A stretch of 64,000 nucleotides of DNA. It comes from Eledone cirrhosa. Taxonomy: Eukaryota. The stretch is from positions 30,938,001-31,002,000 of the forward strand of contig OZ024741.1 in the NCBI GenBank assembly GCA_964016885.1. Reading direction: 5' to 3'. Below are positions 12,001-28,140 of this stretch, in pieces. How positions within the stretch are numbered: position 1 is the stretch's first letter; each line of letters starts with the position of its first letter. The notes beneath the pieces are model-generated. The model had not been told where the DNA came from. It worked only from the letters and a program-made list of their open reading frames with translations, and did no database searches. The position numbers and the translations under genes were made by a program.

Positions 12001-15000
12001 CCTCCTTCAATATATCATTACAGTCATACTTCCTTCCACTCCTTCCTTCCTTCAATACATCATTACATTCATACTTCCTTCCACTCCTTCCTTCCCTCCT
12101 TCAATACATCATTACAGTCATACTTCCTTCCACTCCTTCCTTCCTTCAATACATCATTACAGACATACTTCCATCCACTCCTTCCCTCCTTCGATACATC
12201 ATTACAGTCATACTTCCTTCCACTCCTTCAATACATCATTACAGACATACTTCCTTCCACTCCTTCCTTCCTTCAATACATCATTACAGTCATACTTCCT
12301 TCCACTCCTTCCTTCCCTCCTTCAATACATCATTACAGTCATACTTCCTTCCACTCATTCCCTCCCTCATTCAATACATCATTACAGTCACTCATACTTC
12401 CACTCCTTCCTTCCCTCCTTCAATACATCATTACAGTCATACTTCCTTCCACTCCTTCCTTCCCTCCTTCAATATATCATTACAGACATACATCCTTCCA
12501 CTCCTTCCTCCCTTCAATACATCATTACAGTCATACTTCCTTCCACTCCTTCCTTCCTTCAATACATCATTACGGTCATACTTTCTTCCACTCCTTCCTT
12601 CCTTCAATACATCATTACGGTCATACTTTCTTCCACTCCTTCCTTCCTTCAATACATCATTACGGTCATACTTCCTTCCACTCCTTCCTTCCTTCAATAC
12701 ATCATTACAGTCATACTTCCTTCCACTCCTTCCTTCCTTCAATACATCATTACAGTCATACTTCCTTCCACTCCTTCCTTCCTTCAATACATCATTACAG
12801 TCATACTTCCTTCCACTCCTTCCTTTCTTCAATACATCATTACAGTAATTTTTCCTTCCACTCCTTCCTTCCTTCAATACATCATTACAGTCGTACTTCC
12901 TTCCACTCCTTCCTTCCTTCAATACATCATTACACTCAGACTTCCTTCCAATCCTTTCTTCCCTCCTTCAATATATCATTACAGTCATACTTCCTTCCAC
13001 CCCTTCCTTCCCTCCTTCAATACATCATTACAGTCATACATCCTTCCACTCCTTCCTTCCCTCCTTCAATATATCATTACATACATACTTCCTTCCACTC
13101 CTTCCTTCCTTCAATACATCATTACAGTCATATTTCCATCCACTCCTTCCTTCCTTCAATACATCATTACATTCATACTTCCTTCCACTCCTTCCTTCCT
13201 TCAATACATCATTACAGTCATAGTTTCTTCCACTGCTTCCTTCCCTCCTTCAATACATCATTACAGTCATGCTTCCTTCCACTCCTTCCTTCAATACATC
13301 ATCACAGTCATACTTCCTTCAACTCCTTCCTTCCTTCAATACATCATTACAGTCATACTTCCTTCCACTCCTTCCTTCAATACATCATTACAGTCATACT
13401 TCCTTCCACACCTTCCTTCCTTCAATACATCATTACAGTCATACTTCCTTCCACTCCTTCCTTCCTTCAATACATCATTACGGTCATACTTTCTTCCACT
13501 CCTTCCTTCCTTCAATACATCATTACGGTCATACTTTCTTCCACTCCTTCCTTCCTTCAATACATCATTACGGTCATACTTCCTTCCACTCCTTCCTTCC
13601 TTCAATACATCATTACAGTCATACTTCCTTCCACTCCTTCCTTCCTTCAATACATCATTACAGTCATACTTCCTTCCACTCCTTCCTTCCTTCAATACAT
13701 CATTGCAGTCATACTTCCTTCCACTCCTTCCTTTCTTCAATACATCATTACAGTAATATTTCCTTCCACTCCTTCCTTCCTTCAATACATCATTACAGTC
13801 ATACTTCCTTCCACTCCTTCCTTCCTTCAATACATCATTACAGTCATATTTCCATCCACTCCTTCCTTCCTTCAATACATCATTACAGTCATACTTCCTT
13901 CCACTCCTTCCTTCCCTCCTTCAATACATCATTACAGTCATACTTCCTTCCACTCCTTCCTTCCTTCAATACATCATTACAGACATACTTCCTTCCACTC
14001 CTTCCTTCCTTCAATACATCATTACAGTCATACTTCCTTCCACTCCTTCTTTCCTCCTTCAATACTTCATTACAGTCATACTTCCTTCCACTCCTTCCTT
14101 CCTTCCTTCAATACATCTTTACAGTCATACTTCCTTCCACTCCTTCCTTCCTTCAATACATCATTACAGACATACTTCCTTCAACTCCTTCCTTCCTTCA
14201 ATACATGATTACAGTCATACTTCCTTCCACTCCTTCCTTCGTTCCTTCAATACATCATTACAGTCATACTTCCATCCACTACTTCCTTCCTTCAATACAT
14301 CATTACAGTTATACTTCCTTCTACTCCTTTCCTCCTTCAATACATCATTACAGTCATATTTTCTTCCACTCCTTCCTTCCTTCCTTCATTCAATACATCA
14401 TTACAGTCATACTTCCTTCCACCGCTTCCTGCCCTCCTTCAATACATCATTACAGACATACTTCCTTCCACTCCTTCCTTCCTAAAATACATCATTACAG
14501 TCATACTTCCTTCCACTCCTTCCTTCCCTCCTTCAATACATCATTACAGACATACTTCCTTCCACTCCTTCCTTCCTTCAATAATCCTTACAGTCATACT
14601 TCCTTCCACTCCTTCCTTCAATACATCATTACAGTCCTACTTCCTTCCACTCCTTCCTTCCTTCAATACATCATTACAGTCATACTTCCTTCCACTCCTT
14701 CCTACAATACATCATTACAGTCATACTTCCTTCCACTCCTTCCTTCCTTCCTTCAATACATCATTACCGTCATACTTCCTTCCACCCCTTCCTTCCTTCA
14801 ATACATCATTACAGTCATACTTCCTTCCACTCCTTCCTTCCTTCAATACATCATTACAGTCATACTTCCTTCCACTCCTTCCTACAATACATCATTACAG
14901 TCATACTTCCTTCCACTCCTTCCTTCCTTCCTTCAATACATCATTACCGTCATACTTCCTTCCACCCCTTCCTTCCTTCAATACATCATTACAGTCATAC

Positions 15001-18000
15001 TTCCTTCCACCCCTTCCTTCCTTCAATACATCATTACAGTCATACTTCCTTCAACTCCTTCCTTCCTTCAATAAATCATTACAGACATACTTCCTTTCAC
15101 TCCTTCCTTCAATACGTCATTACAGTCATACTTCCTTCCACTCCTTCCTTCTTTCAAGACATCATTACAGTCAAACTTCCTTCCACTCCTTCCTTCTTTC
15201 AATACATCATTACAGTCATACTTCCTTCCACTCCTTCCTTCCTTCCTTCCTTCAATACATCATGACAATCATACTTCCTTCCACTCCTGTCTTCCTTCCT
15301 TCAGTACACCATTACAGACATACTTCCTTCCACTCCTTCCTTCCTTCAATACATCATTACAGTCATACTTGCTTCCACTCCTTCCTTCCTTCAATACGTC
15401 ATTACAGTCATACTTCCTTGCACTCTTTCCTTCCTTCCTTCAATACATCATTACAGTCTTACTTCCTTTCACTCCTTCCTTCCTTCCTTCAATACATCAT
15501 TACAGTCATACTTCCTTCCTCTCCTTCCTTCCTTCAATACATCATTACAGTCATACTCCCTTCTACTCCTTCCTTCCTTCAATACATCATTACAACCATA
15601 CTTCCTTCCACTCCTTCCGTCGTTCAATACATCATTACAGTCATACTTCCTTCCACTTCTTCCTTCCCTCCGTCAATATATCATTACAGTCGTACTTCCA
15701 TCCACTCCTTCCTTCCCTCCTTCAATACATCATTACAGTCATACTTCCTTCCACTCCTACCTTGCCTCCTTCAATACATCATTACAGTCGTACTTCCTTC
15801 CACTCCTTCCTTCCCCATTCAATACATCATTACATTCATACTTCCTTCCACTCCTTCCTTCCTTCAATACATCATTACGGTCATACTTCATTCCACTCCT
15901 TCCTTCCCTCCTTCAATACATCAGTACAGACATACTTCCTTCCACACCTTCCCTCTTTCAGTACATTATTACAGTCATACTTTCTTCCACTCCTTCCTTC
16001 CCTCCTTCAATACATCATTACAGTCATACTTCCTTCCACTCCTTCCTTCCCTCCTTCAATACATCATTACAGTCATACCTCCTTCCACTCCTTCCTTCCT
16101 TCCTTCCTTCAATACATCATTACAGTCATACTTCCTTCCACTCCTTCCTTCCCTCATTCAATACATCATTAAAGAATACTTCCTTCCACTCCTTCCTTCC
16201 TTCAATACATCATTACAGTCATACTTCCTTCCACTCCTTCCTTCCTACAATACATCATTACAGACATACTTCCTTCCACTCCTTCCTTCCTTCAATACAT
16301 CATTACAGTCATACTTCCTTCCACTCCTTCCTTCCCTCCTTCAATACATCATTACTGTCATACTTCCTTCCACTCCTTCCTACAATACATCATTACAGTC
16401 ATACTTCATTCCACTCCTTCCTTCGTTCCTTCAATACATCATTACAGTCATACTTCCTTCCACTCCTTCCTTCGTTCCTTCAATACATCATTACAGTCAT
16501 ACTTCCTTCCACTCCTTCCTTCCTTCAATACATCATTACAGTCATACTTCCTTCCACTCCTTCCTTCCTTCAATAAATCATTACAGACATAATTCCTTCC
16601 ACTCCTTCCTTCGTTCCTTCAATACATCATTACAGTCATACTTCCTTCCACTCCTTCCTTCCTTCAATACATCATTACAGTCATACTTCCTTCCACTCCT
16701 TCCTTCGTTCCTTCAATACATCATTACAGTCATACTTCCTTCCACTCCTTCCTTCCTTCAATACATCATTACAGTCATACTTCCTTCCACTCCTTCATTC
16801 GTTCCTTCAATACATCATTACAGTCATACTTCCTTCCACTCCTTCCTTCCTTCAATACATCATTACAGTCATACTTCCTTCCACTCCTTCCTTCGTTCCT
16901 TCAATACATCATTACAGTTATACTTCCATCCACTCCTTCATTCGTTCAATACATCATTACAGTCATACTTCCTTCCACTCCTTCCTTCGTTCCTTCAATA
17001 CATCATTACAGACATACTTCCTTCCACTCCTTCCTTCCTTCAATACATCATTACAGTCATACTTCCTTCCACTCCTTCCTTCCTTCAATACATCATTACA
17101 GTCATACTTCCTTCAACTCCTTCCTTCAATACATCATTACAGTCATACTTCCTTCCACTCCTTCATCAATACATCATTACAGTCATACTTCCTTTCCACT
17201 CCTTCCTTCAATACATCATTACAGTCATACTTCCTTCCACTCCTTCCTTCCTTCAATACATCATTTCAATAATACTTCCTTCCACTCCTTCCTTTCTTCC
17301 TTCAATACAATATTACAGTCATACTTCCTTCCACTCCTTCCTTCAACTCCTTCCTTTCTTCAATACATAATTACAGTCATACTTCCTTCCACTCCTTCCT
17401 TCCACTCCTTCCTTCCTTCAATACATCATTACAGTCATACTTCCTTCCACTCCTTCCCTCCTTCAATACATCATTACATACATACTTCCTTCCACTCCTT
17501 CCTTCCTTCCTTCAATACATCATGACAGTTATACTTCCTTCCACTCCTTCCTTCCCTCCTTCAATACATCATTACAGACATACTTCCTTCCACTCCTTCC
17601 TTCCTTCAATACATCATTACAGTCATACTTCCTTCCACTCCTTTCTTCCTTCCTTCAATACATCATTACAGTCATACTTCCTTCCACTCCTTCCACTCCT
17701 TCCTTCCTTCAATACATCATTACAGTCATACTTCCTTCCACTCATTCCTTCCTTCAATACATTATTACAGACATACTTCCTTCCACTCCTTCCTTCCTTC
17801 AATACATCATTACAGTCATACTTCCTTCCACTCCTTCCTTCCTTCCTTCAATACATCATTACAGACATACTTCCTTTCACTCCTTCCTTCCTTCAATACA
17901 TCATTACAGTCATACTTCCTTCCACTCCTTCCTTCTCTCCTTCAATACATCATTACAGTCATACTTCCTTCCACTCCTTCCTTCCCTCGTTCATTACATC

Positions 18001-21000
18001 ATTACAGTCATACTTCCTTCCACTCCTTCCTTCCTTCCTTCAATACATCATTACAGCCATACTTCCTTTCACTCCTTCCTTCGTTCCTTCAATACATCAT
18101 TACAGTCATACTTCCTTCCACTCCTTCCTTCAATACATCATTACAGTCATACTTCCTTTCCACTCCTTCCTTCAATACATCATTACAGTCATACTTTCTT
18201 CCACTCCTTCCTTCCTTCAATACATCATTACGGTCATACTTCCTTCCACTCCTTCCTTCCTTCAATACATCATTACAGTCATACTTTCTTCCACTCCTTC
18301 CTTCCTTCAAAACATCATTACAGTCATACTTCCTTCCACTCCTTCCTTCAATACATCATTACAGTCATATTTCCTTCCACTCCTTCCTTCCTTCAATACA
18401 TCATTACAGTCGTACTTCCTTCCACTCCTTCCTTCCCTCCTTCAATACATCATTACATACATACTTCCTTCTACTCCTTCCCTCTTTTAGTACATTATTA
18501 CAGTCATACTTTCTTCCACTCCTTCCTTCCCTCCTTCAATACATCCTTACAGTCATATTTCCATCCACTCCTTCCTTCCTTCAATACATCATTACAGTCA
18601 TACTTCCTTCCACTCCTTCCTTCCTTCAATACATCATTACAGTCCTACTTCCTTCCACTCCTTCCTTCCTTCAATACATCATTACAGACATACTTCCTTC
18701 CACTCCTTCCTTCCTTCAATACATCATTACTGTCATAATTCCTTCCACTCCTTCCTTCCTTCAATACATCATTACTGTCATAATTCCTTCCACTCCTTCC
18801 TTCCTTCAATACATCATTACAGTCATACTTCCTTCCTCTCCTTCCTTCCTTCCTTCAATACATCATTACAGACATACTTCCTTCCACTCCTTCCTTCCTT
18901 CAATACATCATTACATACATACTTCCTTCCACTCCTTCCTTCCTTCAATACATCATTACAGACATACTTCCTTCCACTCCTTCCTTCCTTCAATACATCA
19001 TTACAGAAATACTTCCTTCCATTCCTTCCTTCCTTCAATACATCATTACAGTCATACTTTCTTCCACTCCTTCCTTCCTTCAATACATCATTACAGTCAT
19101 ACTTTCTTCCACTCCTTCCTTCCTTCAATACATCATTACAGTCATACTTCCTCCCACTCCTTCCTTCCTTCAATACATCATTACAGTCATACTTCCTTCC
19201 ACTCCTTCCTTCCTTCAATACATCATTACAATCATACTTTCTTCCACTCCTTCCTTCCTTCAATACATCATTACAGTCATACTTCCTTCCACTCCTTCCT
19301 TCCTTCAATACATCATTACAGTCATACTTTCTTCCTCTCCTTCCTTCATTCAATACATCATTACAGTCATACTTCCTTCCACTCCTTCCCTCCTTCAATA
19401 CATCATTACAGTCATATTTCTTTCCACTCCTTCCTTCCTTCAATACATCATTACAGTCATACTTCCTTCCACTCCTTCCTTCCCTCCTTCAATACATCAT
19501 TACAGACATACTTCTTTCCACTCCTTCCTTCCGTCAATACATCATTACAGTCATACTTCCTTCCACTCCTTCATTCCTTCAATACATAATTACAGTCATA
19601 CTTCCTTCCACTCCTTCCTTCCTTCAATGCATCATTACAGTCATACTTCCTTCCAATTCTTCCTTCCTTCAATACATCATCACAGTCATAATTCCTTCCA
19701 CTCATTCCTTCCTTCAATACATCATTACAGTCATACTCCCTTCAACTCCTTCCTTCCTTCAATACATCATTACAGACATACTTCCTTCCACTCCTTCCTT
19801 CCTTCAATACATCATCACAGTCATACTTCCTTCAACTCCTTCCTTCCTTCAATACATCATCACAGTCATACTTCCTTCAACTCCTTCCTTCCTTCAATAC
19901 ATCATTACAGTCATACTTCCTTCCACTCCTTCCTTCCTTAAATACATCATTACAGTCATACTTCCTTCCATTCCTTCCTTCCCTTCTTCAATACATCATT
20001 ACAGTCATACTTCTTTCCACTCCTTCCTTCCTTCAATACATCATTACAGTCATACTTCCTTCCACTCCTTCCTTCCCTCCTTCAATACATCATTACAGAC
20101 ATACTTCTTTCCACTCCTTCCTTCCGTCAATACATCATTACAGTCATACTTCCTTCCACTCCTTCATTCCTTCAATACATCATTACAGTCATACTTCCTT
20201 CCACTCCTTCCTTCCTTCAATACATCATTTCAGTAATACTTCCTTCCACTCTTTCCTTCCTTCAATACATCATTACAGTCATACTTTCTGCAACTCCTTC
20301 CTTCCTTCCTTCAATACATAATTACAGTCATACTTCCTTCCTCTCCTTTCTTCCTACAATACATCATTACAATCATACTTCCTTCCACTCCTTCCTTCCT
20401 TCCTTCCTTCCTTCCTTCAATACATCATTACCGTCATACTTCCTTCCACTCCTTCCCTCCTCCAATACATCATTACAGACATACTTCCTTCCACTCCTTC
20501 CTTCCTTCAATACATCATTACAGTCATACTTCCTTCCACTCCTTCCTTCCCTCCTTCAATACATCATTACATTCATACTTCCGTCCACTCCTTCCTTCCT
20601 TCCTTCAATACATCATGACAGTCATACTTCCTTCCACTCCTTCCTTCCCTCCTTCAATACATCATTACAGACATACTTCCTTCCACTCCTTCCTTCCTTC
20701 AATACATCATTACAGTCATACTTCCTTCCACTCCTTCCTTCAATACATCATTACACTCATACTTCCTTCCACTCCTTCCTTCCTTCAATACATCATTACG
20801 GTCATATTTCCTTCCACTCCTTCCTTCCTTCAATACATCATTACAGTCATACTTCCTTCCACTCCTTCCTTCCTTCAAAACATCATTACAGTCATACTTC
20901 CTTCCACTCCTTCCTTCCTTCAATACATCATTAATGTCATATTTCCTTCCACTCCTTCCTTCCTTCAATACATCATTACAGTCGTACTTCCTTCCACTCC

Positions 21001-24000
21001 TTCCTTCCCTCCTTCAATACATCATTACATACATACTTCCTTCCACTCCTTCCTTCCTTCAATACATCATTAATGTCATATTTCCTTCCACTCCTTCCTT
21101 CCTTCAATACATCATTACAGTCATACTTCCTTCCACCCTTTCCTTCATTCCTTCAATACATCATTACAGTCATACTTCCTTACACTCCTTCCTTCAATAC
21201 ATCATTACAGTCATACTTCCTTTCCACTCCTTCCTTCAATACATCATTACAGTCATACTTTCTTCCACTCCTTCCTTCCCTCCTTCAATACATCCTTACA
21301 GTCATATTTCCATCCACTCCTTCCTTCAATACATCATTACAGTCATACTTCCTTCCACTCCTTCCTTCCCTCCTTCAATACATCATTACAGTCATATTTC
21401 CTTCCACTCCTTCCTTCCTTCAATACATCATTACAGACATACCTCCTTCCACTCCTTCCTTCCTTCAATACATCATTACAGTCATACTTCCTTCCACTCC
21501 TTCCTTCCCTCCTTCAATACATCATTACATTCATACTTCCTTCCACTCCTTCCTTCCTTCAATACATCATTACAGTCATACTTCCTTCCACTCCTTCCTT
21601 CGTTCCTTCAATACATCATTACAGTTATACTTCCATCCACTCCTTCATTCGTTCAATACATCATTACAGTCATACTTCCTTCCACTCCTTCCTTCAATAC
21701 ATCATTACAGTCATACTTCCTTCCACTCCTTCCTTCAATACATCATTACAGTCATACTTTCTTTCCACTCCTTCCTTCCTTCAATGCATCATTACAGTCA
21801 TACTTCCTTCCACTCCTTCCTTCCTTCAATACATCATTACAGTCATACTTCCTTCCACTCCTTCATTTCTTCAATACATCATTACAGTCATACTTCCTCC
21901 CACTCCTTCCTTCCTTCAATACATCATTACAGTCATACTTCCTTCCACTCATTCCTTCCTTCCTTCAATACATCATTACAGTCATACTTTCTTCCACTCC
22001 ATCCTTCCTTCAATACATCATTACATTCATACTTCCTTCCACTCCTTCCTTCAATACATCATTACAGTCATACTTCCTTCCACTCCTTCCTTCCTTCAAT
22101 ACATCATTACAGTCATACTTCCTCCCACTCCTTCCTTCCTTCAATACATCATTACAGTCATACTTCCTTCCACTCCTTCCTTCCTTCCTTCCTTCAATAC
22201 ATCATTACTGTCATACTTTCTTCCACTCCTTCCTTCCTTCAATACATCATTACAGTCATACTTCCTTCCACTCCTTCCTTCCTTCAATACATCATTACAT
22301 TCATACTTTCTTCCTCTCCTTCCTTCAATACATCATTACAGTCATACTTCATTCCACTCCTTCCTTCCTTCAATACATCATTACAGTTATACTTCCTTCC
22401 ACTCCTTCCTTCCTTCAATACATCATTACAGACATACTTCCTTCCACTCCTTCCTTCCTTCAATACATCATCACAGTCATACTTCCTTCCACTCCTTCCT
22501 TCGTTCCTTCAATACATCATTACAGTCATACTTCCTTCCACTCATTCCTTCCTTCAATACATCATTACAGTCATACTCCCTTCAACTCCTTCCTTCCTTC
22601 AATACATCATTACAGACATACTTCCTTCCACTCCTTCCTTCCTTCAATACATCATTACAGTCATACTTCCTTCCACTCCTTCCTTCGTTCCTTCAATACA
22701 TCATTACAGTTATACTTCCATCCACTCCTTCATTCGTTCAAAACATCATTACAGTCATACTTCCTTCCACTCGTTCCTTCCTTCAATACATCATTACAGT
22801 CATACTTCCTTCCACTCCTTCCTTTCTTCAATACATCACTACAGTCATACTTCCTCCCATTCCCTCCTTCCTTCAATACATCATTACAGTCATACTTCCT
22901 TCCACTCCTTCCTTCAATACATCATTACAGTCATACTTTCTTCCTCTCCTTCCTTCCTTCAATACATCATTACAGTCATACTTCCTTCCACTCCTTCCTT
23001 TCTTCAATACATCATTACAGTCATACTTCCTTCCACTCCTTCCTTCCTTCAATACATCATTACAGTCATACTTCCTTCCACTCCTTCCTTCCTTCAATAC
23101 ATCATTACAGTCATACTTCCTCCCACTCCTTCCTTCCTTCAATACATCATTACAGTCATACTTCCTTCCACTCCTTCCTTCCTTCCTTCAATACATCATT
23201 ACAGTCATAATTTCTTCCACTCCTTCCTTGCTTCAATACATCATTACAGTCATACTTCCTTCCACTCCTTCCTTCCCTCCTTCAATACATCATTACAGAC
23301 ATACTTCTTTCCACTCCTTCCTTCCTTCAATACATCATTACAGTCATACTTCCTTCCACTCCTTCCTTCCCTCCTTCAATACATCATTACAGACATACTT
23401 CTTTCCACTCCTTCCTTCCGTCAATACATCATTACAGTCATACTTCCTTCCACTCCTTCATTCCTTCAATACATCATTACAGTCATACTTCCTTCCACTC
23501 CTTCCTTCCTTCAATACATCATTACAGTCATACTTCGTTTCACTCCTTCCTTCCTTCAATACATCATTACAGTCATACTTACTTCCACTCCATCCTTTCT
23601 TCCTTCAATACATTATTACAGTCATACTTCCTTCCACTCCTTCCTTCGTTCCTTCAATACATTATTACAGTTATACTTCCATCCACTCCTTCATTCGTTC
23701 AAAACATCATTACAGTCATACTTCCTTCCACTCCTTCCTTCAATACATCCTTACTGTCATACTTCCTTCCACTCCTTCCTTCAATACATCATTACAGTCA
23801 TACTTCCTTTCCACTCCTTCCTTCAATACATCATTACAGTCATATTTCCTTCCACTCCTTCCTTCCTTCAATACATCATTACAGTCATACTTCCTTCCAC
23901 TCCTTCCTTCCTTCAATACATCATTACAGTCATACTTCCTTCCACTCCTTCCTTCCTTCAATACATCATTACAGTCATATTTCCTTCCACTCCTTCCTTC

Positions 24001-26977
24001 CTTCAATACATCATTACAGTCGTACTTCCTTCCACTCCTTCCTTCCCTCCTTCAATACATCATTACATACATACTTCCTTCCACTCCTTCCCTCTTTCAA
24101 TACATCATTACATTCATACTTCCTACCACCCTTTCCTTCCCTCCTTCAATACATCATTACAGTCATACTTCCTTCCACTCCTTCCTTCTTTCAATACATC
24201 ATTACAGTCATACTTCCTTTCCACTCCTTCCTTCAATACATCATTACAGTCATACTTTCTTCCACTCCTGCCTTCCCTCCTTCAATACATCCTTACAGTC
24301 ATATTTCCATCCACTCCTTCCTTCCTTCAATACATCATTACAGTCATACTTCCATCCACTCCTTCCTTCCTTCAATACATCATTACAGTAATACTTTCTT
24401 CCTCTCCTTCCTTCCTTCAATACATCATTACAGTCATACTTCCTTCCACTCCTTCCTTCCTTCAATACATCATTACAGTCATACTTCCTTCCACTCCTTC
24501 CTTCCTTCAATACATCATTACAGACATACTTCCTTCCACTCCTTCCTTCTTTCAATACATCATCACAGTCATACTTCCTTCCAGTCCTTCCTTCGTTCCT
24601 TCAATACATCATTACAGTCATACTTCCTTCCACTCCTTCCTTCCCTCCTTCAATACATCATTACAGTCATACTTCCTTCCACTCCTTCCTTCCTTCAATA
24701 CATCATTACAGTCATACTTCCTTCCACTCCTTCCTACAATACATCGTTACAGTCATACTTCCTTCCACTCCTTCCTTCCTTCAAAACATCATTACAGTCA
24801 TACTTCCTTCCACTCCTTCATTCCTTCAATACATAATTACAGTCATACTTCTTTCCACTCCTTCCTTCCGTCAATACATCATTACAGTCATACTTCCTTC
24901 CACTCCTTCATTCCTTCAATACATCATTACAGTCATACTTCCTTCCACTCCTTCCTTCCTTCAATACATCATTACAGTCATACTTCCTTTTACTCCTTCC
25001 TTCCATACATCATTTCAGTAATACTTCCTTCCACTCCTTCCTTTCTTCCTTCAATACATCATTACAGTCATACTTTCTTCAACTCCTTCCCTCCTTCAAT
25101 ACATCATTACAGACATACTTCCTTCCACTCCTTCCTTCCTTCAATACATCATGACAGTCATACTTCCTTCCACTGCTTCCTTCCCTCCTTCAATACATCA
25201 TTACAGACATACTTCCTTCCACTCCTTCCTTCCTTCAATACATCATTACTGTCATACTTCCTTCCACTCATTCCTTCCTTCAATACATTATTACAGACAT
25301 ACTTCCTTCCACTCCTTCCTTCCTTCAATACATCATTACAGTCATACTTCCTTCCACTCATTCCTTCCTTCAATACATTATTACAGACATACTTCCTTCC
25401 ACTCCTTCCTTCCTTCAATACATCATTACAGTCATACTTCCTTCCACTCCTTCCTTCCTTCCTTCAATACATCATTACAGACATACTTCCTTCCACTCCT
25501 TCCTTCCTTCAATACATCATTACAATCATACTTCCTTCCACTCCTTCCTTCCCTCCTTCAATACATCATTACAGTCATACTTCCTTCCACTCCTTCCTTC
25601 CCTCGTTCATTACATCATTACAGTCATACTTCCTTCCACTCCTTCGTTCCTTCCTTCAATACATCATTACAGTCATACTTCCTTTCACTCCTTCCTTCGT
25701 TCCTTCAATACATCATTACAGTCATACTTCCTTTCACTCCTTCCTTCGTTCCTTCAATACATCATCACAGTCATACTTCCTTCAACTCCTTCCTTCCTTC
25801 AATACATCATTACAGTCATACTTCCTTCCACTCCTTCGTTCCTTCCTTCAATACATCATTACAGTCATACTTCCTTCCACTCCTTCCTTCAATACATCAT
25901 TACAGTCATACTTCCTTTCCACTCCTTCCTTCAATACATCATTACAGTCATACTTCCTTCCACTCATTCCTTCCTTCAATACATTATTACAGACATACTT
26001 CCTTCCACTCCTTCCTTCCTTCAATACATCATTACAGTCATACTTCCTTCCACTCCTTCCTTCAATACATCATTACAGTCATACTTCCTTTCCACTCCTT
26101 CCTTCAATACATCATTACAGTCATACTTCCTTCCACTCATTCCTTCCTTCAATACATTATTACAGACATACTTCCTTCCACTCCTTCCTTCCTTCAATAC
26201 ATCATTACAGTCATACTTCCTTCCACTCCTTCCTTCAATACATCATTACAGTCATACTTCCTTTCCACTCCTTCCTTCAATACATCATTACAGTCATACT
26301 TCCTTCCACTCATTCCTTCCTTCAATACATTATTACAGACATACTTCCTTCCACTCCTTCCTTCCTTCAATACATCATTACAGTCATACTTCCTTTCCAC
26401 TCCTTCCTTCAATACATCATGACAGTCATACTTCCTTCCACTCATTCCTTCCTTCAATACATTATTACAGACATACTTCCTTCCACTCCTTCCTTCCTTC
26501 AATACATCATTACAGTCATACTTCCTTCCACTCCTTCGTTCCTTCCTTCAATACATCATTACAGTCATACTTCCTTCCACTCCTTCCTTCAATACATCAT
26601 TACAGTCATACTTCCTTTCCACTCCTTCCTTCAATACATCATTACAGTCATACTTCCTTCCACTCATTCCTTCCTTCAATACATTATTACAGACATACTT
26701 CCTTCCACTCCTTCCTTCCTTCAATACATCATTACAGTCATACTTCCTTCCACTCCTTCCTTCAATACATCATTACAGTCATACTTCCTTTCCACTCCTT
26801 CCTTCAATACATCATTACAGTCATACTTCCTTCCACTCATTCCTTCCTTCAATACATTATTACAGACATACTTCCTTCCACTCCTTCCTTCCTTCAATAC
26901 ATCATTACAGTCATACTTCCTTCCACTCCTTCCTTCAATACATCATTACAGTCATACTTCCTTTCCACTCCTTCCTT

Positions 26978-28140
26978 CAATACATCATTACAGTCATACT
27001 TCCTTCCACTCCTTCGTTCCTTCCTTCAATACATCATTACAGTCATACTTCCTTCCACTCCTTCATCAATACATCATTACAGTCATACTTCCTTTAACTC
27101 CTTCCTTCCTTCAATACATCATTACAGTCATACTTCCTTCCACTCCTTCGTTCCTTCCTTCAATACATCATTACAGTCATACTTCCTTCCACTCCTTCAT
27201 CAATACATCATTACAGTCATACTTCCTTCAACTCCTTCCTTCCTTCAATACATCATTACAGTCATACTTCCTTCCACTCCTTCGTTCCTTCCTTCAATAC
27301 ATCATTACAGTCATACTTCCTTCCACTCCTTCATCAATACATCATTACAGTCATACTTCCTTCAACTCCTTCCTTCCTTCAATACATCATTACAGTCATA
27401 CTTCCTTCCACTCCTTCGTTCCTTCCTTCAATACATCATTACAGTCATACTTCCTTCCACTCCTTCATCAATACATCATTACAGTCATACTTCCTTCAAC
27501 TCCTTCCTTCCTTCAATACATCATTACAGTCATACTTCCTTTCCACTCCTTCCTTCAATACATCATTACAGTCATACTTCCTTCCACTCCTTCGTTCCTT
27601 CCTTCAATACATCATTACAGTCATACTTCCTTCCACTCCTTCATCAATACATCATTACAGTCATACTTCCTTCAACTCCTTCCTTCCTTCAATACATCAT
27701 TACAGTCATACTTCCTTCCACTCCTTCGTTCCTTCCTTCAATACATCATTACAGTCATACTTCCTTCCACTCCTTCATCAATACATCATTACAGTCATAC
27801 TTCCTTCAACTCCTTCCTTCCTTCAATACATCATTACAGTCATACTTCCTTCCACTCCTTCGTTCCTTCCTTCAATACATCATTACAGTCATACTTCCTT
27901 CCACTCCTTCATCAATACATCATTACAGTCATACTTCCTTCAACTCCTTCCTTCCTTCAATACATCATTACAGTCATACTTCCTTCCACTCCTTCGTTCC
28001 TTCCTTCAATACATCATTACAGTCATACTTCCTTCCACTCCTTCATCAATACATCATTACAGTCATACTTCCTTCAACTCCTTCCTTCCTTCAATACATC
28101 ATTACAGTCATACTTCCTTCCACTCCTTCGTTCCTTCCTT
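26978..28140. repeat. 134-bp three-monomer higher-order repeat (49+40+45 bp)
   Basis: Recurring ordered variants CCTTCGTTCC / CCTTCATCAAT / TTCAACT. The CTTCAT marker occurs at 27061 and 27195 (134 apart). A shorter copy of this sub-array lies at ~50,980-51,790. Confidence 0.85.
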
